Shown one piece after another: positions 1 to 13,864 of a DNA stretch of 64,000 bases. The stretch covers positions 37,448,001-37,512,000 of the forward strand of contig OZ024753.1 of the NCBI GenBank assembly GCA_964016885.1. Direction: 5' to 3'. This DNA comes from Eledone cirrhosa. Its lineage: Eukaryota. Made by a program: the position numbers and the translations under genes. Every line of letters begins with the position of its first letter. Position 1 is the stretch's first letter. The notes under the pieces were generated by a model. The model was given only the letters and a program-made list of their open reading frames with translations. It searched no databases and was not told the origin of the DNA.

Positions 1-348
1 GAGAAGATAGGGGCTTCGACGTGACCAACAAACAAGTTGGCAGTGTTTGGGCCCCTTCTGGTTCCCGTCGCTACCCCAGAAATCTGCTGATAGAATTCAC
101 CAGAAAATGAAAACCCATTGAGGGTCACAACAAGCTCAGAGTGGTAGTGCATAAGGGGTAAGGCGTAAGTCTAAAAGGTGTCGGAGAGCGTGGAGGCCGT
201 CATCATGAGGGATGATGGGATAGAAAGAGGTGATATCCAGGGTGAAGAGAAGGAGAGAGGGACCAGGAGGGAAGGATAAGGAGTTAAAGAGTCTAAGGCC
301 ATGATTGGTGTCGTGGATGTAGGAGGGGAGGTTGACGACTAACGGGGC
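1..348 (-). pseudogene. Penelope-like retroelement reverse transcriptase fragment (frameshifted, runs off window)
   Basis: Manual minus-strand translation: APLVVNLPSYIHDTNHGLRLFNSLSFPPGPSLLLFTLDITSFYPIIPHDDGLHAL, then after a frameshift ELVVTLNGFSFSGEFYQQISGVATGTRRGPNTANLFVGHVE. These match PLE RT motifs (PSYIxDT, LDxxSLYxxIP, FYQQxxGxAMGxxxxPxxANLF). Confidence 0.85.
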
Positions 349-454
349 GGGGAACCCCGCCTAAAAGACGCTGGGTTCTTCATCCGGCTTGAAATTATCC
401 TTGTCGGCTCGCGAAAAAATTAATATATATTTGTGATATATTTATATATCTATC

Positions 455-870
455 TAAAGTTTTATTTAAAATTGTTGGGTTACAACGAGTAAAACCCCCC
501 AACCCTACGCACACGTACACACACACCCTCGTACACCACCCACTCTACACACCCTACCACCACTGACCCCCACTCACACCCGCATTCAACCCTTTCTCCA
601 CCTCCAGTATACTAACACCCACTAACACTCCCTTCACCACACCCACACACCAGTACACTACACTCCCTCCATCGGCCCCCACACCCTTCTCTCCCCGCTC
701 CACCCACACCCTTTCTCAAACACTCACACATCCCACTAACACCTCTACTAATACACCCCCCCTCCCCACTCCAATTTTATAACTGATATAAAGCACTCAA
801 CAAGTTTTGGAGTAGATATACGATATTAAACAAATGGTTTTATAAATATATTTTCCATTTGTTTAATATC
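455..870. mobile_element. PLE terminal fragment, family B, interrupted by C/A-rich low-complexity DNA (495-775) and ending in a short fold-back
   Basis: AAATTGTTGGGTTACAACGAGTAAA and TTTATAACTGATATAAA match 32110-32200 and 19045-19103. Inverted repeat GATATACGATATTAAACAAATGG/CCATTTGTTTAATATCGTATATC at ~815-877. Confidence 0.65.
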
Positions 871-877
871 GTATATC

Positions 878-1150
<273 letters not shown>

Positions 1151-1308
1151 CCTTGCCACCAGGAAGGTGGCCGGTCAAAAAAAATATACTCGAAATTAAG
1201 AGAAAGAGGAAACATACATACACATATCGGTGAATGTGATTCTAAGATGAAAAGAAACGTTGAGAAGTTAATAAGTACAAAGTTAGTATTTCATCAAAAG
1301 TAAATATA

Positions 1309-1407
<99 letters not shown>

Positions 1408-1478
1408 CATAAATATATATATATACAGAGAGATAAGAATATACCTGTTTTAAACTAGTAAAGCCGTCGGGCCTTGAC

Positions 1479-1575
<97 letters not shown>

Positions 1576-1845
1576 TATACATATATACCCCACTTATCTT
1601 ATAGATTTCGGTATTCTCATTTGACAGGGCGTTTACAACCTTGAGAGATACAGAACCCCTTTGAACACAGCATATTTTGCTTTATTTTAAGTTTAAATAA
1701 ATAACTTTATTTTGAGAAGTATCCTCAGCGAAACCTCAAAATATGCATAAATTGAGAGATGTACGTATTGGGTTGCAGATTGTAAATAAGGGAAGATCTT
1801 GTTATATATTTTTAACTAAACAATCAGAACTATATCTTAATCGAA

Positions 1846-2282
1846 GGCGGTTGTTTGGTAGAATCGTTATAAATGTGAAATACGTAGAATGCGTTGCAGT
1901 ATTTGTTTTGAATTTCTACGTTCTGAGTTCAAATCCTGTCGTGGTTGAATTTAACTCTCATCCTTTCGAAGTCGATAAAGTACCAGCCCAATTGTGTAAT
2001 CATTTATCTCTCTTCTACTTCTCTTTCTCTCTTCTGCCTTGCTCTTTTCTCTCCCTCTTTCTCTCTCTTCTTTTCTCTCCCTCTCCCTATCTAATCGCTT
2101 TTCCCTCTATCTCTTTCTCTCTCCTCTTTTCCCTCTATCTCTCTCTTTCTATCTCTCCCCCTCTTCAATAAATCAGATGTGTTCAAACATGAAAAGAATC
2201 CACCAAGTTTAAACGCCCACGGCATGCCGTATGTCAAGAAGGCGCCCCTACGACTCCCTCAAGAGTTAAGAGTCCATAGGTA
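1846..2282 (+). mobile_element. Old composite tRNA-derived SINE (head, central domain, CT-rich linker, ~120 bp tail)
   Basis: B-box-like GAGTTCAAATCC, central TCATCCTTTCGAAGTCGATAAAGTACCAG, and tail GCCGTATGTCAA..GGCGCCCCTACGACT shared with 8418-8760, 29030-29385, 43710-44012 and 63802-63900. Confidence 0.6.
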
Positions 2283-2536
2283 GCTAGAGATATCCTACTT
2301 AAACAAACTTACACATGAAACTAGTGTCTCTAAATAGTAGTTTCATGTTTAGGTTAAAGCAATTACTTACCACCCGTTTCAGATTTCTATATTGAAGAAG
2401 CTGTCCTCTGAGGAGTGTTCACTCAGGTGTATTGAAATATCTTCAATGTTAAGTTGCAACAACAACGTCTACAAGGTGTGGTACCTCGATTCAGTCTCGA
2501 GAGAGCATTCGTTCTTTATCAGTTTATCTATTAGTT

Positions 2537-2538
2537 GC

Positions 2539-2569
<31 letters not shown>

Positions 2570-2690
2570 CCTGATGATTGCATTGATGCTAATGATGATT
2601 AAAGATGATGCTAATGATGTTGGTGCTATTGAAACAGATAATGATTGATGATGCTGATGATACTACTACTAATGATGATGATGGTGGTGG

Positions 2691-2748
<58 letters not shown>

Positions 2749-2901
2749 ACTACTAATAATAATATTAATAATTGTTTCTACGTTAGGCACAAGGCCAGCA
2801 AATTATTATTATGTATTACTGGTACTTTATTTTATCGACCCCGTAAGGATGAAAGGCAAAGTTAACCTTTAACCTAATAATTATAATGATGATGATGGTG
2901 G

Positions 2902-2961
<60 letters not shown>

Positions 2962-2968
2962 CGACGAG
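2537..2968. repeat. (TTG)n and (GAT)n trinucleotide tracts with an embedded SINE 3' fragment (2768-2868, minus)
   Basis: Directly visible; the fragment matches the 3' half of the young SINE. Confidence 0.9.
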
Positions 2969-3443
2969 GACGGATGGGGTGGAGTGGGCGTTATTCCCTT
3001 AGTTAGTCTCTGTCTTGTCACAAACCTAGTTGTTATTCGTATCTAAGAAAATAATTCTGTTCCTCGATTCGGGAATTCTTAATGTACATCCCAATCTTAG
3101 CTTCCCACTGTTGCCTCCTTATAGACTATTAAATACCATTTTTAAAGTGTGTAACATCAATACTCCTATTACATAGCAGGACTAAGGCAGCCGAATGGGC
3201 AGAGTCGTTAGAGCGTTGAATATTTCTACCATTTCTCAGTGTTGTGAGTTCAAATCTTGCAGTGGTCCCCTTTTGTCTTTCATCCTTTGTCAACTCAAAC
3301 GAGATCCTTCGGTCTGAGTAAGTATTATAAAAATTGAATGTATTTTTTGGAGGCAATGTTTTGTGAATTTCAGAGTTATAATGCTCGAACCGAGACTGAG
3401 TACCCCAAATACTATATTATATATATATATATATATATATACA

Positions 3444-3483
<40 letters not shown>

Positions 3484-3586
3484 TGAAACTCTCAGGGGAA
3501 CTGTACAACATGTCTTCAGAAAAGAAAACCCCTCATGTAACTGTTTCGGCTATATGTATATATATATATATATATGTGTGTATATG

Positions 3587-3662
<76 letters not shown>

Positions 3663-3665
<3 letters not shown>

Positions 3666-3862
3666 ACTCAGTGCTCCTTTGGGAGCCGCTACATGGACAC
3701 ACTAGAAGAGGAAGACCAAGGTTAACGTATGTTGATGCCCTAAGGACAGACACTGGTCTGTTGGAGACGCAGGACATGGCAGCAATAATGAGGGACAGAG
3801 ACCGCTGGAGAGAACTCGTCCATGGATCTCGGGAATTTTACCCGCCTTAGATAGATAGATAG
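3663..3862 (+). mobile_element. RTE-clade LINE 3' end (ORF C-terminus plus (ATAG)n tail)
   Basis: [32 protein letters not shown]...[11 protein letters not shown] is a typical RTE C-terminus (GRPR..W/Y.D, DR..WR). Near-identical copies at 32868 and 42045. Confidence 0.85.
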
Positions 3863-3905
3863 ATATATACATATATATTTGTGTATGTATATGTATGTAT
3901 ATACA

Positions 3906-4001
<96 letters not shown>

Positions 4002-4393
4002 ATTTGTGTGTAAACGTGTATGTGTGTGAAAATATATAATATACGGCTATAATTTTTATATACATGTGTGCGTATGAGTATATACGTGTCTGTATATGTG
4101 TTCATAATGTTGTGTATATGTATATATATATATATATATATATTTATTTATATGTCTATCTGTGTGCTTGACTGTTTCTATGTTGTGGATCCAATCATAT
4201 TGAAATGATAATGAGAAAAGAATACAGCCATAAATTCCAGAGGGAACAAAACTATTATTTTGTAAAGGACAGCAAATAAATATGAAATATACTTTCTTAT
4301 ACAAACAAACCCCACAAAAAGCACTAGAAAAATGTTATGAAAATTGTCCAGAGTTTGATAATTACAATAACAGACATCATAATAAAACAGGTA

Positions 4394-4443
<50 letters not shown>

Positions 4444-4757
4444 GGGTGGTGGTGCGTGTATATAGATATATGTGTGTGTATATATATATATATTCATAAA
4501 CACACCACACACATTGGAGTTTCACTTCATGCATGTGTGTGTAAGTGTGTGTGTCAGTAGGGGTAGGGCGTTGATGAATTAGATTGAAGACTTTCGTTTA
4601 TAATGAAAGAGGAAGTATAGAAGGATAGTAAGGGATAAAAAGGAGACCAACAAAAAATGTGTCAATTATATTATTGCTGTTATTACTTAGTATTGATGGT
4701 GTAGATGTTTGTATTTGGGCGATATCAGTGTGTTTGTATATATTTATATATATATAT

Positions 4758-4926
4758 AGGAACGAGTAGGACCCCGACGGCTGAGCTCAAGCCGTTTTGA
4801 CGGCTAATTCTGGCTTGAGCTCAGCCGTCGGGGTCCTACTCGTTCCTATTACCCACTCTACTACCCTAAGTATTGAGTACTTTGGTGCGTTATGGTCCAC
4901 CTGGTTCCTTACCACATTTCCTTCGT

Positions 4927-4928
<2 letters not shown>
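4758..4928 (+). mobile_element. Fold-back PLE terminal element, family A, in (TA)n
   Basis: Inverted arms 4758-4793 and 4812-4847 followed by an ~80 bp tail ending CCACATTTCCTTCGTTATA. Six near-identical copies in the window. Confidence 0.8.
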
Positions 4929-4956
<28 letters not shown>

Positions 4957-4957
<1 letters not shown>

Positions 4958-5412
4958 ACGTGTATACATGTATGTGTGTGCATGTCTCTTTCTCTCTGTG
5001 TTTGTATACGTGTATACATGTATGTGTGTGCATGTCTCTCTCTCTCTCTGTGTTTGTATACGTGTATACATGTATGTGTGTGCATGTCTCTCTCTCTCTC
5101 TGTGTTTGTATACGTGTATACATGTATGTGTGTGCATGTCTCTCTCTCTCTCTGTGTTTGTATACGTGTATACATGTATGTGTGTGCATGTCTCTCTCTC
5201 TCTCTGTGTTTGTATACGTCTATACATGTATGTGTGTGCATGTCTCTCTCTCTCTCTGTGTTTGTATACGTGTATACATGTATGTGTGTGCATGTCTCTC
5301 TCTCTCTCTCTGTTTGTATACGTGTATACATGTATGTGTGTGCATGTCTCTCTCTCTGTGTTTGTATACGTGTATACATGTATGTGTGTGCATGTCTGTC
5401 TCTCTGTGTTTG
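4957..5412. repeat. ~52-bp minisatellite, about 9 copies
   Basis: Unit TGTGTTTGTATACGTGTATACATGTATGTGTGTGCATG(TC)n; period 52 between 5101 and 5153. Confidence 0.9.
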
Positions 5413-5777
5413 TTTGTTGATAGATTCTACAAAAAAAATGTGTATTTTAATGGCTACTACATCTGGGTTCCTTTCAATACAGCTTGTAATATATTATAAC
5501 TATTTTTTAAAGAGTGATGGGTTAGGAGAAATGATAAAGTTCCGGAGTAAATCACTATAGGGGTTTAGTTTCACACCTTCTCTAAGTGTAAACCCAGATG
5601 TTGCTATTTATAGCTGATATGTCTCCCAGATCGATAAAATATAAGAAACAGTCATGTACTTTAAATGACTTACCCGACTTTACGAAATCCCCAAAGTATT
5701 GGTGGATTTATGGTAATATTAATTCTGAAGAGTAATGGACTTGATGTACGTTGTAATTGTAAAGTGCCGGACTAAGC

Positions 5778-5900
<123 letters not shown>

Positions 5901-5933
5901 CGTATGTATATGTATATATATATATATGTGTAC

Positions 5934-6016
<83 letters not shown>

Positions 6017-6098
6017 ATTAACATTGAACTAAAACCTGTTGAGAAAGTGGCTTCCTTGTTCAATCATCTTACCAGAAGCCTGACATTATTTATGATTG

Positions 6099-6289
6099 GG
6101 CGGAAGATTGGCAGTATCGGTAGAGGGTCGGACGCCATGCTTTGACACATGGAGTTACGGCCCTTCTCATTCTGAGTTCAAATCACGCCGAGGTTAACTT
6201 TGCCTTTCATCCTTATGGGGTCGATAAAATAAAGTACCAGTAATACACTGGGTAATTGCTGGCCTTGTGCCAAAAGTAGAAACAATTAT
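6099..6289 (+). mobile_element. Young tRNA-derived SINE (~190 bp) with Nin-like central domain
   Basis: A-box-like TGGCAGTATCGGTAGA, B-box GAGTTCAAATC, central TTTGCCTTTCATCCTTATGGGGTCGATAAAATAAAGTACCAG, AATTATT tail. More than 12 copies in the window. Confidence 0.85.
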
Positions 6290-6568
6290 TTATGTAAGCG
6301 GACGGTACTTGATTTAGGAGCTGCAGAAACCCATATACTGGATTTTACCAACCTTCCAGGGGTCCGGGTAAATTTTCAATACCCAAATTACTTGATCGTT
6401 TTTTTTTGGGGCTCTGCGAATGATTGTTTAACCATCGTCTCAGTGTGTTTGGCCTTTAACGTTTGTTATAGCTCTGATTCATCTAAATCATTGAGCACTT
6501 GCCGCACATCTCGGAGGTTGTTTTTCGTTATTTCGTGGACCGAAATGCGAATCTCGATAATTTATGTT

Positions 6569-6674
<106 letters not shown>

Positions 6675-6688
6675 GCTGTATGTATATA

Positions 6689-6763
6689 TAACGAAGGAAG
6701 TGTGGTAAGGACGAGGTGGACCATAACGCACCAGAGTACTCCATATAATGGGTAAAGAGTTCC

Positions 6764-6818
<55 letters not shown>

Positions 6819-6862
6819 CAGAAATAGCCGTCGAAATGGCTTGAGCTCTGCCGTCGGGGTCA
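6689..6862. mobile_element. Diverged family A pieces (tail on minus, ribozyme half on plus) split by (TA)n
   Basis: AACGAAGGAAGTGTGGTAAGG...GAGTACTC and GCCGTCGAAATGGCTTGAGCTCTGCCGTCGGGGTC. Confidence 0.65.
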
Positions 6863-7135
6863 TACTTTTTCATATATATATATATATATATATATATTCT
6901 ATTTCTCTCTCACTTTCTCTTCCCCTTCTTCCTCTCTTTCTCTTTCTCTTTTTTCTTTCTTTCCCTCTATCGTTCATACCTCATATCTTATTCACTTTAA
7001 TTCCATTTCTTTCCTTTATTCCATTTAAAATTCTTTTGATGACTTTAAGTTTCCTCCTAGTCTCATTATTTATTTTTGTTCATTGTTTTTATTGCAATAA
7101 TTATTTTTGAATAAAGCATCATTAATAATTATTGT

Positions 7136-7325
7136 TGGATTGGCAGTATTGGTAGAGGGTCGGACGCCATGCTTTGACGTATAGAGTTACGGCCCTTGCC
7201 ATTCTGAGTTCAAATCCCGCCAAGGTTAACTTTGCCTTTCATCCTTACGGGGTCGATAAAATAAAGTACCAGTAATGCACTGGGTAATTGTTGTCCTTGT
7301 GCCTAACGTAGAAACAATTATTAAT
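7136..7325 (+). mobile_element. Young tRNA-derived SINE
   Basis: Same sequence as 6099-6289. Confidence 0.85.
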
Positions 7326-7516
7326 AATTATTATCATTATAAACACTTGTCTAACAATAGAACAAAAGAATTCGATTTTAAAAACTGGCTCTAACAACTT
7401 ATGAGTTGTTTAAACCCGATGTAAACCTTGATCTAGCAGACATGATCAAATGCTTTCCAGTTGTGATCCACATATTTTTTATTTGGATATAGTGTATAAT
7501 TTAATAGTGACTTATT

Positions 7517-7712
7517 TAATAATTGTTTATACTTTTTGGCACAAGGCCAGCAATTATCCCAGTGTATTACTGGTACTTTTATTGTATCGACCCCGTAAGG
7601 ATGAAAGGCAAAGTTAACCTCGGCGGGATTTGAACTCAGAACGTCAAGGGCTATAACTCAATGCTGCAAAGCATGGTGTCTGACGCTCTACCGATGCTGC
7701 CAATCCAACGCC
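7517..7712 (-). mobile_element. Young tRNA-derived SINE
   Basis: Reverse complement of the same SINE. Confidence 0.85.
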
Positions 7713-8417
7713 AATAATGCATCAACGGATCTAGGGTACATCCTTGAACACATCTAAGGTAACATAGACTAAGCGACTGCTGACTAATGAGGGCTAGAGT
7801 AGCGTTTTCATTGTTTAACTAATGTGACATTGACTAAATAATTTCTGAGAACTAGAGGTGTGGTTTCACTGTTCAACTAAGGTGACACTGATTAACTAAA
7901 GACTGGGGGTCAAAAGTGTGTTTACACTGCTCAGTTAAGGTGCCCTCTATTTCCTTTCAATCTTTGTGCAATCTCAAAGTATCAGTTTTTCGTGACGTTT
8001 TTTGTTTTATTATTTTGCCAAGCCCAGCCGCCCATCAAACAATTCCCAAATGTTCCTTTGGCCTGTTCACCTCTGATCTTGAGTCATAGTAAACACACAT
8101 AAAAAAAATAGATACATGTATGAATAAAATATGTAAATATGTGCACGGTCCATAGACATATACATAAGCATACTATTTATGAAGAGACATAAATACATTT
8201 AACGCCTCACCTCCTCTCCTCTCCTCATATTCACCAGCTTCTATTTTTTTTTTTTTTCTTTTTGACATGTGAATGTTCCCCTTAATGCCATGTCAATCAT
8301 TTTTTGAAATAGTGATAAGCTCTGGGAAATGATAGTGACACAGCGGTGATTACTTTTCACTGTGAAGACTTACCGCTGCCACTAACTGGAGTTGACCAGG
8401 AGTATATATAATTGACA

Positions 8418-8760
8418 AGCCAGTGAATTGGCAGAGTCGTTAAAACGTTGGATAGAATGCTTTGTGATATTGACTCTAGCTCTCTACTCTCTGAGTTCAA
8501 ATCCCACCCAGGTCAACTTTGCCTTTCATCGATTTAATGTCGATAAAAAGAAAGTACCAGTCTAGTACTGGGATCGATTCTTCGTCTATATCTCTTTCTC
8601 ACTTCTTTGCCCTCAATCTCTCTATCCTTCTCTGAAAGAAATCTACTGAATTCAGACATGGAGAGGAGATGGGCTCTGCCATATTTATTTTAAAAGGTCC
8701 TAGGAACGCCGTATGTCAATATGGCGCCCCTACGACTACCCCAGGAGTTACGGGTTCATA
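8418..8760 (+). mobile_element. Old composite tRNA-derived SINE
   Basis: TGGCAGAGTCGTTAAA / GAGTTCAAATCCC boxes, central domain, CT-rich linker, and tail shared with 1846-2282. Confidence 0.65.
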
Positions 8761-8816
8761 CATACATTATAATTGACAAACGTCGGTGGATGGACAGAAT
8801 CGTTAAAGCGTCGGAC

Positions 8817-8975
<159 letters not shown>

Positions 8976-8977
8976 CT

Positions 8978-9027
<50 letters not shown>

Positions 9028-9069
9028 CATGTGTGTGTGTATATATATATATATGTATATATACATACA

Positions 9070-9101
<32 letters not shown>

Positions 9102-9107
9102 CATATA

Positions 9108-9151
<44 letters not shown>

Positions 9152-9193
9152 TGTATGTATGTATATATATATATATATATACACACACACATG

Positions 9194-9240
<47 letters not shown>

Positions 9241-9265
9241 GTATATATATATATATATATATACA

Positions 9266-9310
<45 letters not shown>

Positions 9311-9619
9311 ATGTGTAAATATATCTACATATGTATGAATATATAATATATATTAGTGTGTTCCTTATTTACATACATATATCTCAAGAATACATATCAG
9401 GAATGGAGTTGGGCTTCAACTCTTAATATTAATTATCAAATATTTAAACTAATTAGTTTCCTTTTAATTATATTAATTCTAATTTTAAGATGTGGTAGTC
9501 AATATAGAAACCAGTACACAGTTGCTATTTCAGTACTTGACAGACGCGGCATAATTTTATTAATTTTCCATACGGAGAGTTCATCCCTATAATTTATATA
9601 ACATGTGAAACCTTGTAGC

Positions 9620-9850
9620 TTAATGGCGTAAATTCGTGAATCCGATTCCTGGACCTGGCGGCGAGCTGTGATTATGACTTGAGCGAGGCACTTAATGTCA
9701 CGCTGTTCAGTTAACTGGGCTGGAAAAATTGAGTTGTGCCAGTAGCTCAAAGGGCCTGCCTTGTCGCATACTGTGTCTAGCTGAGTCTTCCTGAGAATTG
9801 TGTTAACTATACACGTGGATGTAGAAGGTTGTTCCGTCATTCAAATAAAC
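9620..9850 (-). mobile_element. Diverged tRNA-derived CORE-like SINE
   Basis: Similar to 11330-11510, 16690-16830 and 17688-17884 (TTGAGCAAGACACTT-type core, GCTGAATCTCCCTGAGAA-type segment). Confidence 0.5.
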
Positions 9851-9973
9851 TAGACAACTCTTCATCGTAAACAATAGATTTCCAATACACACACACACAC
9901 AAACATACTTAACACGTAGGCTTTTCCAATTCCAACCCGTCCGTCCCCTCAATCTATCTTATTTCTCATTCTT

Positions 9974-10009
9974 TCTTCTGATGAAGAACTAGCGTCCGAA
10001 ACGTTAAGA
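9974..10009 (+). ncRNA. Minimal type I hammerhead ribozyme candidate in a PLE-like terminal fragment (~9920-10100)
   Basis: TCTT-CTGATGA-agaactagcgtcc-GAAA-CGTT-AAGA: intact core and 4-bp stem I, palindromic AACGTT stem III, weak stem II. Confidence 0.5.
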
Positions 10010-10104
10010 CCCTCTCTTCCTGCTATTTCAAGCGTTAACCTAATATATTCCTTCCATATACTGTACCGATTGTGCTGTTATTTCTGTTTACCTTTTACAT
10101 ACAA

Positions 10105-10175
<71 letters not shown>

Positions 10176-10202
10176 TACATATATAAATACATACATACAT
10201 AA

Positions 10203-10261
<59 letters not shown>

Positions 10262-10877
10262 ATATTATATAGCATAGTATTTCGCTTGGTATATACTTCT
10301 CATTCTGAAGTGCCGTGTCCCGCCTCACTGAGAAACTTTATCCTATCACCTACGACATTTATATTACAATCTAATAAAACATAAGATCTATAGTAAATAC
10401 TTTCAACGTCAAAATTCTGCCACTGTGTGTTATATATTCGGGGTTAGATGGACTCAATCATTTCAGAGGTAAGTGACTGTGACAGGCTATGGACCGGCCT
10501 CCTTTGCGGATAATTGTCCACCACACCCCCGAGGGACTCAGCTAGAGACATTCTCTAATTTCAAAGTACATTACATAAATCTACAACTATCAGTTTTCAA
10601 GCGTGACTGACTGGAAGATAATTTTTGGAGTGACGTATATTACTACACACTGTCACATACATGGTTGTACACAAGTACACACACATATATTCACACAATG
10701 TCACGCACGCACACTCACATACACACTATCACGCATATACACACACATACTCATACAATATTACACACGTACACAGAAATACACAATATCACACACGTAT
10801 ATACACATATACTCACACATATTTACACAGTACTAAACATACATACATAGACAGATATATATATGCACGTGTATATA

Positions 10878-10913
<36 letters not shown>

Positions 10914-11329
10914 GCAATACTCTACTACCCCAAGTATTGAGTACTCTGTTGAGTAATGGTCTATTTCAAACTACCCTGATATATATATATATATACACCA
11001 TGTATTTGATATTTACATGCCCATTTAAACATTATCTATATCTTATCTACATCCTCACACGTATACACACGCCTGTGTGTTTTTGTGTGTGTCAATGTAT
11101 GTCTGTGTAAAGTATGTGAGTGTGTATTTGACACTTTCACAAGGTCTCTGACAAAATATTTTGCTTAGGTGATTGAAGAAGTTCCGTGTGAAATGATTGC
11201 ATTTTAAATCTGTACCGATTAAGTGTTGTATTTTCTTCAGTTCAGACCCGAAGTGTAACACTTGTATTTGACCAGCGGAACAGCCAACTCGTGATATTAA
11301 TAAGTGGCTTAGATTTAGCACAGACACGT

Positions 11330-11512
11330 GTATACTTTACGTAATTCTCAGAGCGATTCGGTGTGGTGCAGTGTGTGGCAGGACTCGTCCTTTGAAATAA
11401 CGGTATAACTCTGTTTTACAACAAGAGTAGATTAGAGCAACGTTAAATAAAGTGTTTTGCTCAAAGACATAACACGCCGTCGGGAACCGAACTCCCGTCC
11501 CTCGAATACTTT
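11330..11512 (-). mobile_element. Diverged tRNA-derived CORE-like SINE
   Basis: AAATAAAGTGTTTTGCTCAAAGACATAACACG is the reverse complement of the core seen at 17765-17800. Confidence 0.55.
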
Positions 11513-11563
11513 AGACGTTATAATGTTATAAATAAATAATTAATGAATAATAAACAAAGATGA

Positions 11564-11599
<36 letters not shown>

Positions 11600-11774
11600 C
11601 AGAAAGAAAGAAAGAAAGAAAGAACGAAAGAGTCATCAACAGCTTTTAAGAGAGAATTTTCACCTGTGCCTTTGTCAATGTTTGTCTCGTTTATTTTATA
11701 TACCCTGGTAATACCTTGGTCATGCGTCCATTATTGTATATAGTCGTGTGTAAACATGTGAGTAAACACATACG

Positions 11775-12262
11775 TATATGTGTGTGTATGTGTGTGAGGG
11801 AGATTGTGTGTGTTTGTCAGTGTGTCTGTGTGTGTGTCAGTACGAGTATATCAGTGTTAGTGTGTGTATGTGTGAATTTGTGTGTGTCTGTTTGTGAGTT
11901 CGTGTCTGTGTGTATGTGTCAGTGTGTGTGTGTGTGTCTGTGTGTGTATGTGTGTGTTTGTGTGTGTGTGTGTCAGTGTGTGTGGCTGTGTCAGTCTCTG
12001 TGTGTATGTGTATGTGTCAGTGTGTGTGTGTGTCTGCGTGTGTGTATATCACTGTGTGTATGCCTGTGTCAGTGTGTGTATGTGTGTATGTGTCAGTGTG
12101 TGTGTGTGTGTGTGTGTCAGTGTGTGTGTGTGTCTCTGTCAGTGTATGTATGTGTCAGTGTGTGTTTGTCAGTGTGTGTGTATATCAGTGTGTGTGTATA
12201 TCAGTGTGTGTATGTGTTGTATGTGTATATCAGTGTGTGTATGTGTGTGTGTGTGTGTGTGT
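11775..12262. repeat. Degenerate (GT)n array punctuated by GTCAGT
   Basis: Directly visible. Confidence 0.85.
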
Positions 12263-12540
12263 CATGATAGAGAATACATTCAGTGTTAACCATATTCTAT
12301 TGATTCAATGAAACATGAAAATTGTAATTTCATGCTTGTGATAATTCAGAGGGCCGTTTGATATTAGTATTTCTGTGTTTCATATATACGTGGGGGCGGG
12401 TTGTAGGTATGTGTGTGTGTATGTCTATGTGTGTGTGTTTGTGTGTTTGTGTTTATCATACATGTGTCAGTATATATATGTATATATATAATTATATATA
12501 CATATATACATATACATTTTTCCATATACATATATACACA

Positions 12541-12572
<32 letters not shown>

Positions 12573-12611
12573 GCATTTATATATGTATGTATATGCATTT
12601 ATATAAATGTG

Positions 12612-12663
<52 letters not shown>

Positions 12664-12670
12664 TATGTGT

Positions 12671-12745
<75 letters not shown>

Positions 12746-13129
12746 TATACCCCTCTTTCCCCAACGTTACTGTATAACATATCAATGTAAGACCCAGTAT
12801 CATTTTGCTGACTATACATATATAAAATAGCAAAATGAGTATTTAGTTTTGTTGTTTGTTTTTTGCCATCGACGAGAAACAGAAAAACAAATTTAACTTT
12901 TTTTTTTTTCAGTAATTAATTACATTAATGTGTTTTCCCAGTTTATTCTTAAATAATGTTTTGAAAAATAAATAAATTAGAAGAGATCAAGGGAAAGGAT
13001 TTTGAAATTTCATCAAGACGATAATTTCTTTCGCATATCATTAATTCTATACAATATTTTTCGGATTTTAAATCTTAAGTATGATTACATCTTAAAGAAG
13101 ATGCCTCACATTCGGTAAATAAAACCTTG

Positions 13130-13373
13130 GCCATAAGGAGTTGATGTCATCAGACGGTGTCCAACTTATACTGGGTGTAACCATAACGCCCTTTCGCTTG
13201 TGGGTTAAAAATTGCTGACCAAACCACAGCTCATCTTTCCCTGGCTTCCAGTTTATTTCCTCACCTCCTGCTCCATAACTATCTTGATGCTCTTTCTGTT
13301 GCTTCCTTTATCATGCGATCTGCTTCTTTTTCTTTTCGTATCATTCCAATGGCAGTGAGCATTCTCCATACGG
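13130..13373 (-). mobile_element. HERO-like (RLE non-LTR) retrotransposon 3' end, degenerate
   Basis: Minus translation VWRMLTAIGMIRKEKEADRMIKEATERASR*LWSRR resembles the HERO C-terminus (EAAERASxWLWxRR). It is followed by a ...ACACCCAGT..AAGTTGGACACCGTCTGATGACATC 3' UTR-like segment. Confidence 0.65.
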
Positions 13374-13833
13374 GATTTGAACGAGAGCACAGAGAGTCGG
13401 CTTACATAAGTAACACTTCGCATTGATTAATGAACCTTGGGTGGTGGATTAAAATAATTGCATGCCACAAAGCATGTTGTCCAATACTGTCAGTCCACCA
13501 CCCTTGTTTTCTTATTTTTTGTTAATAACTTCAAACCATGTCAATGAAACTGGGTAAACTGAAACTGTGTGGATGCTCGTCACGTGGATTGAAACTGCAA
13601 TTCAAATGCCCACCCTTGTCACGTATTGTTTCACGGGGATTTTGTCTGAGAATTATATGTTACTAGTGTCTGTGCGTTTGTGGAACATACAACGAATTAC
13701 ACGTTAATTCACGAGTAGGACACGCAGTAAGTTGATCAAGAGACTGAATGGTCATCGTCGAAATCGACGGAGGAACCAGAATTTATTTGATATAGTTTTT
13801 TTTAGTGTTGCTTTTAGTGGCAACAATTTCGAT

Positions 13834-13864
<31 letters not shown>

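Noticed and set aside
4797-4930. Recurrent peptide [38 protein letters not shown] as a small gene family
   Set aside because: It is only the family A repeat read from a TTG and running into (TA)n. The conservation reflects recent copying and RNA structure.
4957-5412. CRISPR-like array
   Set aside because: The units have no unique spacers and the context is eukaryotic; the same applies to 62058-62440 and 7755-7945.
6099-6195. tRNA genes
   Set aside because: The A/B boxes belong to SINE heads, and no cloverleaf can be built.
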